Assembly: GCF_009914755.1 (NCBI RefSeq)
Contig: NC_060936.1
Strand: one strand, 5' to 3'
DNA length: 64,000 bases
Source: the human T2T-CHM13v2.0 reference genome, Homo sapiens
Both the position numbers and the translations under genes were made by a program. Shown piece after piece: positions 1-16,299 of the stretch. Each line of letters begins with the position of its first letter. Positions within the stretch are counted from its first letter, which is position 1. The notes beneath the pieces were generated by a model. The model did not search any database. It had not been told where the DNA came from and saw only the letters and a list, made by a program, of their open reading frames with translations.

Positions 1-232
1 GGGTGGATCATGAGTTCAAGAGATCGCGGCCAACATGGTGAAACCTTGTCTCTACTAAAAATACAAAAGTTAGCCAGGTGTGGTGGCAGACACCTGTAGT
101 CCCAGCTACTCGGGAGGCTGAGGCAGGAGAATCACTTGAACCTGGGAGGCGGAGGTCGCAGCGAGATTGTGCCACTGCACTCCAGCCTGGCAACAGGGTG
201 AGACTCCGTGTCAAAAAAAAAAAAAAAAAAAA
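1..232 (+). mobile_element. Alu (AluS-type), cut by the window start
   Basis: Alu linker TACTAAAAATACAAAA, right arm and A-tail. Confidence 0.93.
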
Positions 233-810
233 AGAATGGTGGTTACCAGAGGCTGGGGTGTGTGGGGATTAGGGAGGTGTTAATCAAAGGATACAAAATT
301 GTATTAGACAGAAAGAACAAATTCAAGAGATCTATTGTATATCATTTTTACTATTATTAATAATAATATATTATATACTTGAAAATTACTGAGATTTTAA
401 GTATCCTCACCACTAAAAATTGTATCTGTGATCATGCATATGTTAATTAACTTGATTTAGCCATCCTACAGTGTGTGCATATATCAAAACATGTTGTACA
501 CCAAAAATATATGGAATATTTATATGTGAATTTAAAATTTTAAAACAAAGAAAATTAGTGGAAATACAAATTAAAGGAGAGCAGAACAGTGGTTGTTTAG
601 GGCCCAAGGGGTGAAAAGGAATGATGGGAAGCAGGGGTTACAAAGGGATATTTGGGAACTTTTAAGAGTGATACCTATTTTCATTACATTAATTGTGGTT
701 ATGTTTCATAGGTATATAAATACATTAAAACTTATATATATTTTAAATATGTGTAGTTCAATATATGTCAATTATCTCCAATAAAGCTGTTAAGACAAAA
801 AAAATGAATT
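233..810 (+). mobile_element. Old L1M 3'-end fragments (L1MA-like then L1MD/ME-like)
   Basis: GAATGGTGGTTACCAGAGGCTGGG...GGATACAAAATT...AGATCTATTGTA and CAATTATCTCCAATAAAGCTG motifs. Confidence 0.7.
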
Positions 811-1294
811 GTAGGCAACAAATAGACTTGGTTCCTGGATTATCTGTCTGGAAGTAGGTATGAAATACCAGGCCTATTACACAACGTTGCTGCAGGGGAC
901 TCTAAATGTAGCTCAAACTCTGAGGCTTCTGAAGAATCATTATAAGACCTGATTACATTAGGTGATTAGCACTAATAATTGAAATGTGTAATAAATATCA
1001 GGGAAAGGCAGTTCTCAGAGAAAGATTCCTAATAGGTCTACTGGATTTAGACTGGGAGTGGAAAATAATTTTAAAGTATTTTAAGCATATGACAGGAATG
1101 TATAAGTTCTGCTTTCAAAACTGAACATAACAGTTGAGTGTTTCTGGTGGGGAAAATGATACCTAAAAGAAAACAGAATCAGATTATGAGTCTTGAGTAC
1201 CTTGTCTAGGAATTTTGTTATATTATGCACAATTTTTGTTTATCTTGGAATCAGTGGAAAGCTATCAAAAGTTTTAAAGTACAGAGTGACAAAA

Positions 1295-1525
1295 TGAAGC
1301 TATGAATTCTGGAGTCAAACAATCTTGGTTTGAATTCAAGCTCTGCAATTTTATAGCTTTGGGATTTAGAAGAATTTTCTTAGCATGTCTAAACCTTGGG
1401 TGTCTCATTTATAAAGCTGTTATAATAACATCAACTTTTCGGTGTTGATGTGTGGATTAGAAAATGTATGTGAGCCTCTAGCACAGTGCCTGGTGCCAAC
1501 CAGGGCTCAACATGTAGTAGTATCA
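1295..1525 (+). mobile_element. MIR
   Basis: CTGGAGTCAAAC..GGTTTGAATTC..CTCATTTATAAA..TAGCACAGTGCCTGG core. Confidence 0.65.
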
Positions 1526-4500
1526 TGAGTATTTTAAGCAGAATAATATGGCATTGGTGTATAGCATGGTTTGGGGATGGAATAAATGAGAGAAAAACAA
1601 ATTGAGATGCACATAATTAGTACTAAGAAAATATTGTCAATTGCTTTGCCACTAATAATGAATAGAATAAACTGCTGATTTTTTCCAGGAAGATGAAAGG
1701 CCATTTCACTGGTTACCTACTATTCTCAGTTATAAAGCCATGGTCTCTGGCTTCATGGAAACATTCTTGAACCTCTCTGTGGAACCATTTAGTTCTACTA
1801 AGACCCTAGGATATGTGTTCAATTCCTCTGCTCTACAGCAACAGTTCTTTAAGTACTTTTTTTTTTAGCACACAAGTATAACAGACATGAAGCCAAATAT
1901 GCAGATGAAAATTGACAAATAGGTTTTACTAATGCTCACCCTGCTGTGCATGTCAGAAGGCAATAATTTTAGGCAAACATGACTCAACTCCCAATGCTAT
2001 CTCCATCTGTTGCTTCATCTCAGAGTCTCATCAATTTATCAATCCAGTGTCCCAGTCTTATCCCCTACCAGGCTTCGTGCCTGTTATTGTAATATTCATG
2101 ACTTTAATTCCATGATTTCTGAAGTTTCCACAGGGTTTCTGATTCATTAGATATTATATGCTTCACTGCCTTGAATGAAAATGTGTCCTGTGATTCAGAA
2201 CTTGAACACTCTAAACTGCTTCTCGTAAACCTAATATTTACGGTCTCCATCAGGTTTCTAACATACTTGAATTGCTGAATTTCCCTTGGAAAATTGTATT
2301 AAAGTGGCCTCAACAACCCAAATGCCAGCATTCTATTTAAAAGCAAAATTCTACTACCATGTTCTGCATCACTTGGGAATTTTGCAATGTGGCTGAAATA
2401 TGAAATAGATAACTAATGTAGCTATCCAAGCTATACAAGTATTATGTATTTTGCATTTTTCTATGTATTTCTAATTGAATTCAAAAAGTTTGGGGCTTGA
2501 TAGGATGTTGTGATCAAAGTATAGTGAATAATAGAAGAGAAATTAATGTCATGGCCATTCTATTAGAACTCTTTCAATTGCTAGTGATAAAACGCCATCT
2601 CAAACCAGCTTGAGCAAAATAGACTTTATTAGCTTAAATAAATAAAACATTCATAGGTTTCTAGCTCAGGGCATAGCAGCATCCAGGTGCTGATATAGAG
2701 CTCTCACTCTCCCTTTCTTGGACAACTGGTTTTTCCAGGCATAATGAATAGCTGCACCCTACAATATCCCTCCCCATCATGCTATCTTAGCAACTCCACA
2801 GAAAGAAAGCAATGAGAAAATGCTCCCTGAACTAAGCACTAAGACCAGGGGACTAGGGTGCTCTAATTAGTTAGACCTAAGGCATGCAGCCTCTTCTGCA
2901 TCTGGGAAATGGAGTCATCCATGCTCAAATCGTATAGAATGGGTTCTTCTCAGAAATGGATGGGATTTGTCAATAGATATGATAAGGGATACTAGGCAGA
3001 CAAAATCACTGATCTTTTCCACAGATTTTCAAGAAGATGACAATGTTCTCAAAGATAAATCTACAAGATAATATAAAACAAATTGTAAAATTAAATATAC
3101 TCAAGTTAACATGTAGAAGACAATCTGTGTTTGTGCCATTGATGATCAGATAACCCTTGAAGAGAATTCCCAATAAAAATATATGGAGGAAATTAGACTG
3201 CAACAGCTTTTGCACCCCTTGTTGCTATTCATATTATACAAATATCACCAAATTAAGCTTCCTAAAGCTCTGCTCAAAAATTTTTGGCAGCTACTCAATA
3301 CCAACATAATAAACGACGATCTTCTGAGTCTGAAAGTAGACATAATTTTATTCAAATTTAGTCAATAATACAGATAGCTTTTGGCCTTGAAAAACTATCT
3401 AGTCTCTTTAAACCTAAGGTTACTCATTAGTAAAATTATACTAACTACTTTAGTAGCTATTAGAGAACTTAATAAGCTTATCTCAGTATCTGGCACGTAG
3501 TAGATGCTCAACAAGTAGAGGGTATGTTCTTAGCACTGCTTGTATATTTCCTCTGCAGAAATAAACTTCTTCCCATTATTCCCTCAGTAAATTCTCCCAA
3601 CATTTTCTTCACTTAGTGTGATCTTGGTAAAGGTATAGATTCCATCTTTTTTCCTCCACAGACAAATCCCTAGAGCCTATAACTGTGCCCATAGCATAAT
3701 AAGAGCTCAATAACTAGTTGTAGAATAAATTAATGGTCTGCCTTGTCTCCTACCCCAAATTATTGACTTATTGAGGAGATGATACTTACTCAGTTCATGT
3801 TTATATTACCCCAAATTCCTGTTTCAGCAACTAAAATAAATAAATATTTGTTGAATGAATTACTGAATGGATAAAACCTGAACCATTGGCTCAGCGCTAC
3901 ATTTTCACTTCTCAAACACAAATATAGTCATTGATGAACATTTTAAACTGCAACCATAATCATGAGTTCTAGGATTTTAAGCTCATATTCAGAGGGGAAA
4001 AATGGTACAAACAATACACCTTCATGCTCAATCAAAAACATATGCAAACCAAAGTTAAAAGCATAAGGAGTTGCATTTATGTTGTTCAATGACATAAAAA
4101 TATAAAGATTGCTCAATGACATGGAGTTCATTCTTCTTAAACCTGTTCACTTTTCAATCTCAGAACAATAAATAGTGAACAGTATGTATTTAATAAAACA
4201 TTTCTGAAGTCAGAGCACATTACTGAGTAATCAATAAAATGTGCTTTGTAATGTATAGGCAGGGCTGATATCACCATCTTTTTAATGAATCACCAGACCG
4301 CAGCAGAAAGTTTAATGGATTCCAAATTAGTGAGATTTTTATGAAAGTTATTAGCACACTTGTTCAACTAAGAACTTTACACTCTTTCCTGGTATTTTCA
4401 ACTGCTTTAATGAGGCAACAGTTACAACTTTGCCTAAATTTTATTGGCAATATAATAGAACAAAGTTCCACTTAGCCATCACTTAAGTCATTCTCCAAGT

Positions 4501-4954
4501 ATTTGCATATGGGATAAGCATGATACAAAACAAGGAAGGGGTTGCTTGTTTTCACCAAATCCTGATGGGACTGCATACATGAACATGATTTGAACCCGCG
4601 TTAGTGAATTTCCGAATGGAAAAACATGACCTCTTACCTTTAAAAATTAAATGACCCTTTTGGGACTTTCTAAAAGGAAGGTTCACCCAACTTTGCTAAC
4701 ATCAAATGACCTACTCAAAATAACGTCTTAATGTATTAGTACATGAATCAAAAACATCTGTATCATGTTTGACTTAAAATATGCATTTATTTGAAAGTAA
4801 AAGGGAAAAATTTTATAAAAATGTGTGCTTTATTTCAAAGAATCTAAACCATTAAACACATTTTTGATACCCTTCTAACATTTAATTCAGTTGTTTGAAG
4901 TAAGGCTTGGAGACATCTGTCTTTCTTCCTGAAATGAGACTAGCTAGAGCCTTT

Positions 4955-5325
4955 CAGCAGGGGTGTTTTGACCTGGGATCAATGCATTCAGATTGGGTCT
5001 ATGGATAGGCCTAGGGAAGTCCCTGAAATCCCTGAAATTATGTTCAGAATTTTGTGTGTCATGCTGACATGCTGTTATCTAGAATAGTGTTTGTTAACCT
5101 TGACATTACTGAAATTTGGAACCAGATGGTTCTTTGTTGTAGAGGCTGTCCTGTGCATTGTAGGATGTGTAGCAGCATCCCTGGGCTCTACCCACTAGAT
5201 GCCAGTAGCATCTCCAAACATGACTATCAAAAATGTTTCCAGACATTACAAATGCTTTGGGAGAACCACTGATCTTGAGAGAGGGTCCATAGCTTTTAAC
5301 AGATTCTCAAAGAGGTTAAGAGTGA
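4955..5325. mobile_element. hAT-Charlie MITE with nested MER20 (5084-5270, minus)
   Basis: MER20-like GGCTGTCCTGTGCATTGTAGGATG..AGCAGCATCCCTGG..CTACCCACTAGATGCCAGTAGCA..GAGAACCACTG, flanked by GGGTCCATAGCTTT..CAGATTCTCAAAG. Confidence 0.7.
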
Positions 5326-5420
5326 CTGTGTTAGTGTGTGGACAAACAGACTTAGTCACCTACCCATTGGAACTCATAGATAAGTGTGCTGCTCTGGCCT
5401 TTGAGGTTTCCCCAGATTTC

Positions 5421-7870
<2,450 letters not shown>

Positions 7871-9074
7871 GGTTTTCCCAGATTTCATCCAAAAATGAAA
7901 CCTGCTGCTATTATTCTCATGTCTGGCAGAGTGATGTATTCCCACCACCACCACGACTGTTCTCTCTAAGCAGTGCCATCACCTGAAGATTTCTTGCCTC
8001 AAAAACTTTTGTTTCAGATTTCCTGATATCTGAATGGCTTCAGAAAGTCTAAGGACTCTGTTTAAAGAAGGAGAGTCTTATAAACCTCCTAGGTTTGTTG
8101 TGATCAGGAACCCCACTTTGCTCATCTTGTTTGGATTCCCCACAACCCAACCCAATGCCTGACTCACATAATCAACATGTATTTGGTTAATAAATATGCA
8201 CCCCATGGCAACTGTAGCAGTTTATTTTTAATTAAAACAACCCATAGGAATGAGGTAGTTCTGGAGTTACTACCTCCCAAAGTTCTGATTTTCTCTTTCT
8301 GCTTTCTGTAAACCTTTTGTCTGAGAAATCCAACTTAGAGAGAACAGAGTCCAGTGAGTGCATTCTACCATTAACTTCAAATCCTGGGCAGTGGATTTTC
8401 TCTTTGCTTCATACAGGTTTGGCCCCATATACAGATCACAGGTATCCGTGAAGGTCTGTAACATCCATAGTGTTCTTATCACCTCCATTGAAACCCTGGT
8501 GAAGTATGGGATAGTTCTCATGCTCCTCTTTCATTTTGCCAACAAGTCCATGAATTTCAACCTGCTTTCCTTTTTTTCTTTGAAACAGCTACCACATCTA
8601 CTGGATTTGATGTTATTTTCCAAACCTAATTCTGAAGTGGCATACAATCTCTCCGGCACGCTTCCCCTATACTACCCCACCACCACCTACACATGACTTT
8701 CTTGCCTACCCCACAAAAACATAAAGATGTTTTTCAATCTAAGTGTTTCATGGCAAAACCAAAAAAGAATAATAAAAATGACGAATAAGAGGAGATATAA
8801 AGTTGTAATGTTGCAGATGTCTCACAATCTTTCTGCTAGTCTGTAATTCCCCACCAGTCTTTCAGATGTTAACTGGAAATTTTACTGACAATTCTCTGTA
8901 GTGCTATAGGTGGAGCTCACCAAGCTTAAGCCTTTCTTTCTTAACCCTGCTCTTGTCTGGATCTGTGGCTTCCCAATGCTGGGCCACACATGTGAAGCAT
9001 CACAATCATCTGGGAGCTTGAAAAGTACAGATTCTGAGGCCTAGCTCAGAACAAATGACCAAATGAATCAATAT

Positions 9075-9410
9075 GAACATCTTATACTGCTAAATGGGGA
9101 GAGGGAAGAGTGACTTTCTCCACACAGTCATTCAGGGACCCAGGCTGATAGAGTTCTGCAATCTTCAATACAGGGCTTCCAAGGTCACCATGGTCATCTC
9201 CATCCACTCTGTAAAACAGAGAAGAGCATGGAGAGACATGTGTGGGATGTGTATGTAGCTCAGGCTTGGAAGTGACTCATGTTCCATTGGCCAGAACTCA
9301 ATCACATGGCACACCAAACTGCAAGGCTGACCAGGAAATGTTGCCTAGCTGTTGTCTCAGAAAGAGGAGGAGAACATGGATTTTGGTGAGCAGCTAGCAT
9401 TCTTTGTGAA
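9075..9410 (-). mobile_element. Old MaLR LTR (MLT1J/K-like)
   Basis: CATTCAGGGACCCAGGCTGA..CATTGGCCAGAACTCAATCACATGG..AACTGCAAGG..GGAAATGT pattern. Confidence 0.6.
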
Positions 9411-9879
9411 ATGATTTGAGATAACTAATATTCTTTTGGCAGGGCTAGAAAACCAGCTTTCAGCCACTAGAATTGGTCTGATGTGAAGAAGTCACTACTT
9501 CTCTGCTCGATGTTGCAGCCATCATGTGAGGGAAGTAGCCATGTACCCACTGCCGTCATCAAAAGCCAGATTCTTGTATTTCCACTATCAACAGTAAAAT
9601 GGATTCTGCCCATTCCTCTGGAGACTAGAGCAACAGAAGGCTTGTAGAGGTGAATCTGATGAGGAAAGTCCAGGACACATTGCTTTGCCATAGCTGCAAA
9701 AGGGAAGATTGGGAATCAAGTCTTCTGGTTTTATTTTTAGAGAGGCAGGACTCATAAGGCTAGACAGTGACCCAAACACATCCAGGGTATTAAAGAGCTG
9801 CTAAACATCTAGAAAAAAAAATGATAAAATCCACACCGTAGAGAGAGTTTAGAAAGGAGGGGCCATTGGCAAGCAACCC

Positions 9880-10400
9880 ATAAGAAATAAACCAAAATAT
9901 ATCAAGAATTATGATAAATATAACACAGTGATTCCCAGATTGGACTAAGAAAAACAAAAATTCAGCTATATACTGTTTACCGTAAACATCCTAACACATA
10001 AGGACATAAAAAAGTTAAAAGACAATTATGGAATGTCATCCTTAAAAGAAGCTGTTGTAACAAAGGGGACTGTAAGCACAATAGCATCACCAAAGTGGCC
10101 ACATAATTACAAAAGATTCAATTCACTCCAAATATATAATAAATCTAAACTTATACATACCTAATAAAATAGCTTCAAAATACGAAAAGCAAAATTTGAC
10201 TGAACTACACAAGCAACTTGGAAAATCCTCTGTTACAGTGAGATGCTTATCATGACATTCTCAGTAACTAAGTCAAATTAGTCCAAATTAATGTCCAAAT
10301 TAATTAGTCCAAATTAATATGTATATAAAGATTTGGCAAAGCCACTAACAAGCTTAATCCAATGTAAGTATATATTTAAAACTTTGTTAATACCCTCCAC
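9880..10400 (+). mobile_element. Degenerate L1M ORF2 (endonuclease region) fragment
   Basis: A-rich sequence resembling the start of L1 ORF2 (CAGATTGGA..AGCTATATACTGTTTAC..CCTAATAA..AGCTTCAAAATAC). Confidence 0.55.
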
Positions 10401-10439
10401 TCTACAAGAAAATATTTCACATCAATTTGTTTACATAAG

Positions 10440-13400
10440 CCTCTACTATCTTGTTCCTATCCTGTCTTTCAGCTGATGATTTCCTTGCTATTGCACTGAG
10501 ACATTTTAAGTATTAAGAAATTACCCAGGCTCCTTCTGTCACATTTCCCCACTTGCCAACATGTGCACCCATACTCTGCCTCCCCACATGTACTGTAGAT
10601 AACTACTTGTGCTCCTATGTAAAACCAGTCCCTGTCCTTGTGCACTAGGTCCCATCATCCCTTCTAGCTTCTTTTCTCTAAGAGGTCTCCTTTCTTTTCT
10701 ATATTGTTTTGCTGGATCATTCCATCAGAATTCTTATCAGCTTTTCCCCATCTCCTCTGCAAATATTGCTCATTTCTCTGTTCCCCTTTGTAGTAAAAGT
10801 GCATGGCTATCCCCCAATACCTCTCCTCTGATGCTCTCAAATCTACCCTAGTTTGGCTTTCACAGCCATTATTCCACTGAAACTGTTTTAGTCAAAGTCT
10901 TCTGCACATTGCTAGATCCAATCGTCATTTCTGAGTCCCTATCTTACAATACTATTATAAGCATTGACTCAGTTGATTACTCCCTCCACTTTTATCCACT
11001 TTCTTTTTGGGTTCTAGGATACACATCCCCCTTGGCTTTCCTCCCATCTCAAAAGTTAGTTCTTCTCAATCTCTTACTGGTTCTTCATCTCTTCTTGGAC
11101 CTCTTGAAATTGGAGACTCTTAGGGCTCAGCCATTAGTCCTTTTCTCTTCTCTTCGCATACTCATTCCCTTGGCAACCTCATATAGTCTTGGGGCTTAAA
11201 TGCCTCCTATTTTTTCCAAATGTATATCTCCAGTCCAGGAATCTCTGGAAATCCAAGTTTGCATATACAACTGCCTACTCAACATCTCCTTTTGAACAGC
11301 TCATTGACATCACAAATTCAACTTGTCTAAAACTTAACTTCTAATCTCACCCCCCTGGAAACCTAACTCACCCACAAACTTCCCTGTCTTAATTATTGAT
11401 GATTCTATACTTCCATGAACCCAGGCATTAACCTTGGAGTCATTCTTGACCCCTCTGTCTCATACCACCAATATTCTGTCAGGAAATGTTTAGGTCTATC
11501 TCTAAAATATATCAAGAATTTGCCCACTTCTCCCACCTTCACTACTGTTACCATTATCCACGCAGCCATTATCTCCTCAATGGATTGCCACACTATTGTC
11601 CTAACTGGACTTCCTGCTTCCATCCTTCTCCTTTTAGTCTATTCTAAACACAATAGCCACAGTGACGCTTTGAAAATCTGAACACATCATGTCACTTCCC
11701 TGCTCTCCCTCTCACTCACAGTAAAAGCCACAGACCCTATAATGATCTGCACCTCTTATTATCTCACTTTATCTCCTACTACACTCTGTTGTTTACACCC
11801 CTGCAGTCACACTGCCTCCTTGCTGTCCTGTAAACACAACACATAAACTCCCACCTATCAGTATCTGTATCTATATGCTCTTAGAAACTCTTCAATTCTT
11901 CACGCTGTTTATTACATCTGCCTGAAATGCTCTTCCGCTATATATCTACAGGACTAAGGAGGTGGGTGCAATGAGGTGCAATGAGGTTACAGTGTTCTTG
12001 GCAGAATGAAAAAACATGAGCAAAGTCCTTAAAGCAATAGAGAGAGTACAAAGAGCAAAATGTGCTTTAAAAAAAAGTTTAGAGGGAAGGGATGGTGGTG
12101 AATGATGAAGTTGGACTGAGAATTAGGTAGTGACCATTTAACAAATATCCGTGTAGCCTCTGTTAAAGAACTTAGCCTTCATCATAAAAGCAATAAGAAA
12201 TCTTCTAGTTCCTTGATCTCCTTATCTCCAATGATCTTTCTCTTAACCCTATCAGCCACCCATTCCCATGGTCCCATCCTAGACTTTAACAACACTAGAC
12301 ATTGCATTAATTCTGAAATATTAATTTCAAATGTTATACATTCTAACTACCAGATCACTTGTTTCTGCATTCCCACAGCTAAAAACCTTCACATTCACCA
12401 AGGCCCTCACTACACTAATCCCATCACTTTCTCACTAACAACAAGCCCCTGCCTGCCTCATCTCTTCACTCGTCTACTATATACCCCATGATCTACCACC
12501 ACCATCACATTCTTTCCAAAGACCCTCAGCTCCCTTACTCTTTTATCCCTCCACACTACTGTCCCAGAAAAACCCCAATTGTTAATCTTCCTGTCTCATG
12601 TAGTGACAGCTGAACATTGGTAGAGAAATATCATTCATGTAAACTTACTTGTTACACTTTAAATTAACATCACAGACCATAAACGGGTACTTAATAAGAT
12701 CCAGAAATCCTACTCTGTTTCTCTAAGAGACTCACCCCCACACTGTCCCTTTCATTGTATCTCCTTCTTCTAACATCCCATACCTCTCCTCAGCCTTCAT
12801 CTTTACATTCAGTTAATGACTTTGCTTCATACTTCATTGAGAAGCCATAAATTGGGAAGACTCATCTAACCATCCACTTGCCAACAAACCTGCATTTTCA
12901 CTGCTCTTCTCTCTAAGTCCAGGGGAGAACATGCTCACTTCTTCTAAGGAAGGTCCCTCCTCCAAACATGGCTCTTGATCCAATCCCTCTTGCTGTAACC
13001 AAGATTGGGTCGTTCTCTCCCTTTCCTTCATTATCATCATTTCTTCTCAACTAAATCATTCCATTGTTATCCTAATATTCCCCACTAGCTCCCAACATAA
13101 AAGAAAAGGTCTCACTTCTTTGCATAAACCTCTCCAGGTTCCACTCTATCTCTCCACTTACTTTCACAGAAAAACTGCTTCCAACTTTTTCTATACTCAG
13201 TCCATCTTCTTTCTTACTTTTCATTCTCTCTTCATTCCACTCCAGTCTGGTTTTCCCTCCTGACAATTCCAATTAAGGCAGTTTTGGTAAATTATTATCA
13301 TCCTCTCTCCCGTCAAGTTCAAATAAATTCTCCCTGTCCTTATCTTACCTCTCAGCAGCATTGCAGAAGAGACTAACTTCTTTCTTTTAAGAATCTTCTG

Positions 13401-14525
13401 TTTACTTCCCTGACATAATGCATTCTTACTTTTCCTCCCACCTCGCTTGCTACTCCTGACTCTCTTTTGATATCTCTTCTGCAAACTCTCTTTGTTGGTG
13501 CTCCTCAGAATCACTCAGGGGCTCTCTTCTTCTCCTTTCTATTTACACTAAAAAAAAAAAAATCCCATCCGATAGTTTAAATTACTACCTATATTTTAAT
13601 GATTCTGAAGTTGATATCTCCAGTATGGATGTTTCTTCTCAACCCCAGATACCCATAACCAACCTTAACCAATGTCCAGTTGAAAGTCTTACCATCTTAA
13701 TGAGTCCAAAATTGAATTTCCAATCCAAACCCCCCATACCTCCACCATATCAGTAGATGCCCTCATTGCTAATCTGATTTGCCTAGCTCAAAAGCCTCAG
13801 GATCTTCTTGATCCCTTTATTTCTCTCATCCGTCACATTTATTCCATCAGAAAGACCTACTGAATCTACCTTCAAAACCTACTTCAAATATATCTATTTC
13901 TTTCCATCTACTATGCTACCAGCTTTGTTCAGGCCACTGCCATTTCCCTTTTTGGTCTCCCTTTTCTTTCCTGCCCATCATTTCCCACTCTATTCTCTAC
14001 ATAGCAGGAAGTAATTTTTTAAATAAGATTATTCCTTCACCCATCTATGACTGCATAGTTCACTTAGAGTAAAATCCAAACCCCTTACTATACCTTCTGC
14101 AACTGGGCCTGATCTAGCCCTGCTCAAGTCTATAGACTTCCTTCCCCCTTGCTGACCAACGCTCATCCCCATAGGTCTTGCCTCAGTTCCTCAGACACAG
14201 CATGCTTTTCTGCTTCAAAGCATTTGCACGTGATTTTTCCTCTGCTTGGAACATCCCGCCCTTCACTCTTTGCATATCTAGCTTCTTCTCATCCTCCAGG
14301 ATGGACCTGAAATGTTATCAACTGGAGTAAATTTTGCCCCAGCCCAACCTTGCTGTTTTGGAGAGCTTATTATAATTTATATTTTTTTTGTGGACTGAGA
14401 TTATCTGTTTACTGAAATAGAATACAAGCTGCGTGGGCAATGACCACATCTCACTTGTTCACCTTCATATTCCTGTAGTCTAGCACAGAGCTGTGCACAG
14501 CACATATTTGGTGAATGAATTAAAT
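10440..14525 (+). mobile_element. L2 (LINE2) fragments
   Basis: Pyrimidine-rich L2 motifs (CCACTGAAACTG, CAACTGCCTACTCAACATCTCC, CCTTGGAGTCATTCTTGAC). 3' end TAGCACAGAGC..GGTGAATGAAT at ~14520. Confidence 0.75.
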
Positions 14526-14580
14526 GAGGAATTATTGAAATAGGAGGAGGGGAGTGACGTGATCAATCAATATTTCAAGG

Positions 14581-14797
14581 TAGTGGTTCCCAACTTGGGG
14601 CAATCCTTCTTACTCCCCCAGGGACATTTGACAATGTCTGAAAACATTTTTTCTTATCACGACTGTGGTAAGGGAGGATTTGCTCATGGGTAGAGGCCAA
14701 GGATGTTACTAAGCATCCAGTGAGGCACAGGAAAACCCTCCACGACAAAAAATTATCTGGCCCCAAATGCCACTAATGCCAAGGTTTAAAAATCCTG
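14581..14797 (+). mobile_element. MER20 (hAT-Charlie MITE)
   Basis: TAGTGGTTCCCAAC..CCCCCAGGGACATTTGACAATGTCTG..GGGTAGAGGCCAAGGATG..AATTATCTGGCCCCAAATG. Confidence 0.8.
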
Positions 14798-16299
14798 TTT
14801 TTAAAGTGAAACTCTGTCTCTTTAAACAAAAACAAAAACAACCAACTTGCCACACCTTTCTCAGACTCGCTTTTCTCATCTGCAAATGGAGATAATTACA
14901 TCTACTTTATAGAGCTATTGTCAGGAATAAATGAGATAATGTGTGTAAGCAGTTAGGGGGGCAACCTGGTTGTTAACTATTTTTCTTATAATCACACTGG
15001 GATAGAGATCATTATGAAGAAAAATACTAAGAAAACATATATTTAATTTCAGTCTGAAGTTTATGACTACAGGTAAAGCTTAAACAACTTTTTTTTAAAT
15101 TAAACTGTATCTTCGATTCAGCAGAACTCTCTCATCTGCATAAGAAGGTACTCATGGAGTTGAGAACAGCAGTTACACATCAGAGTGGTACTTGCATTGA
15201 TAAATCATCCCTTGCTGTTGCACCCTTCAAATTAGCAAATGAAATAGCATCATCTGGCAATGGGGCAATATTTATAAATTAAATTTATTAACACACACAA
15301 AAAAAATCCCTGTTTTAGAGAAATCAGGAGAGAATTTTAATAATAGACTGTTGCCAGTTGGTCTCTTCTTTAACTGGCAATGGGGAGGCCAGTTAAAATG
15401 TTGTTCCCAGGTGAGAGATGATGGCCTGGAATGAAGTAGCGTATGCAGTATAGAAAGAAATGAATAAACATTTAGGATGTACAGTCAACTGTACTTTGTG
15501 ATAAACTATATGGAGGAGACAGAGAGAGACAAATAGACAGACAAAGATATTCAAGATTATTCCTAGGCTTCTGATTTAGATGTCTGGATGAAGGTAGTGC
15601 ATTTATTGAGTCTAAATGTATAAGAAGTGGAGCTCATTTGGAGGGGAAGATGCAATCAATTTTGAATGAAACATGAAGTTAATAAATGACTGTGGAAGTC
15701 ACAATACAAGCTCAATAAATTCCATTGCTAAAGTCAAAAAACTCGATATAAATTTGTAGAGGTAAATCAAGACAAACATTATAAAAGTGAAAACAGTGTG
15801 GCATGGATAAATACCATACAGAGAGTTACTATAAATATTTCATAAAAGGGAAAAAAAGAATAACATGAAATAAGATAAAGAGGAGTAAAATTTCAGAAAT
15901 GTAATGATTAAAAAACCTATAAAATAATTGAACGGATTATACAACAAAACATAAATTGAATGTAAAATAAGTAAAGATAGTAAAAAGGATAGAAAAAGCT
16001 TTTAATTAATGTATAATTCCTTTCAGCACAAGAAAGCCAATGAAATGACCAATTTCTACTATTTATATGAAAGGAACTTAAAGTTTTACAATATATAGAA
16101 AGAAGACAATAACATCTATTAAAACACTGGTATTAGGTCTTCTGGGTATATTTCTTTATGACTTGAAGTTCTTTATCATGAAGAAGATTTATATATGTTT
16201 ATAGAATCACAATATGAAAATATACTCTTGACCAAGAAAAAGTTTTAAGAGGCAGTCTTAATTGTAACCGACTAGCATATTTTAAAATATTATACTAAT

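Noticed and set aside
8-272. Alu-derived ORFs (also 18124-18306, 30935-31153, 38106-38321)
   Set aside because: Typical translations of Alu sequence.
8270-8696. 112-aa and 83-aa ORFs in unique downstream sequence
   Set aside because: No recognisable domain, splice context or promoter; length is within chance expectation.
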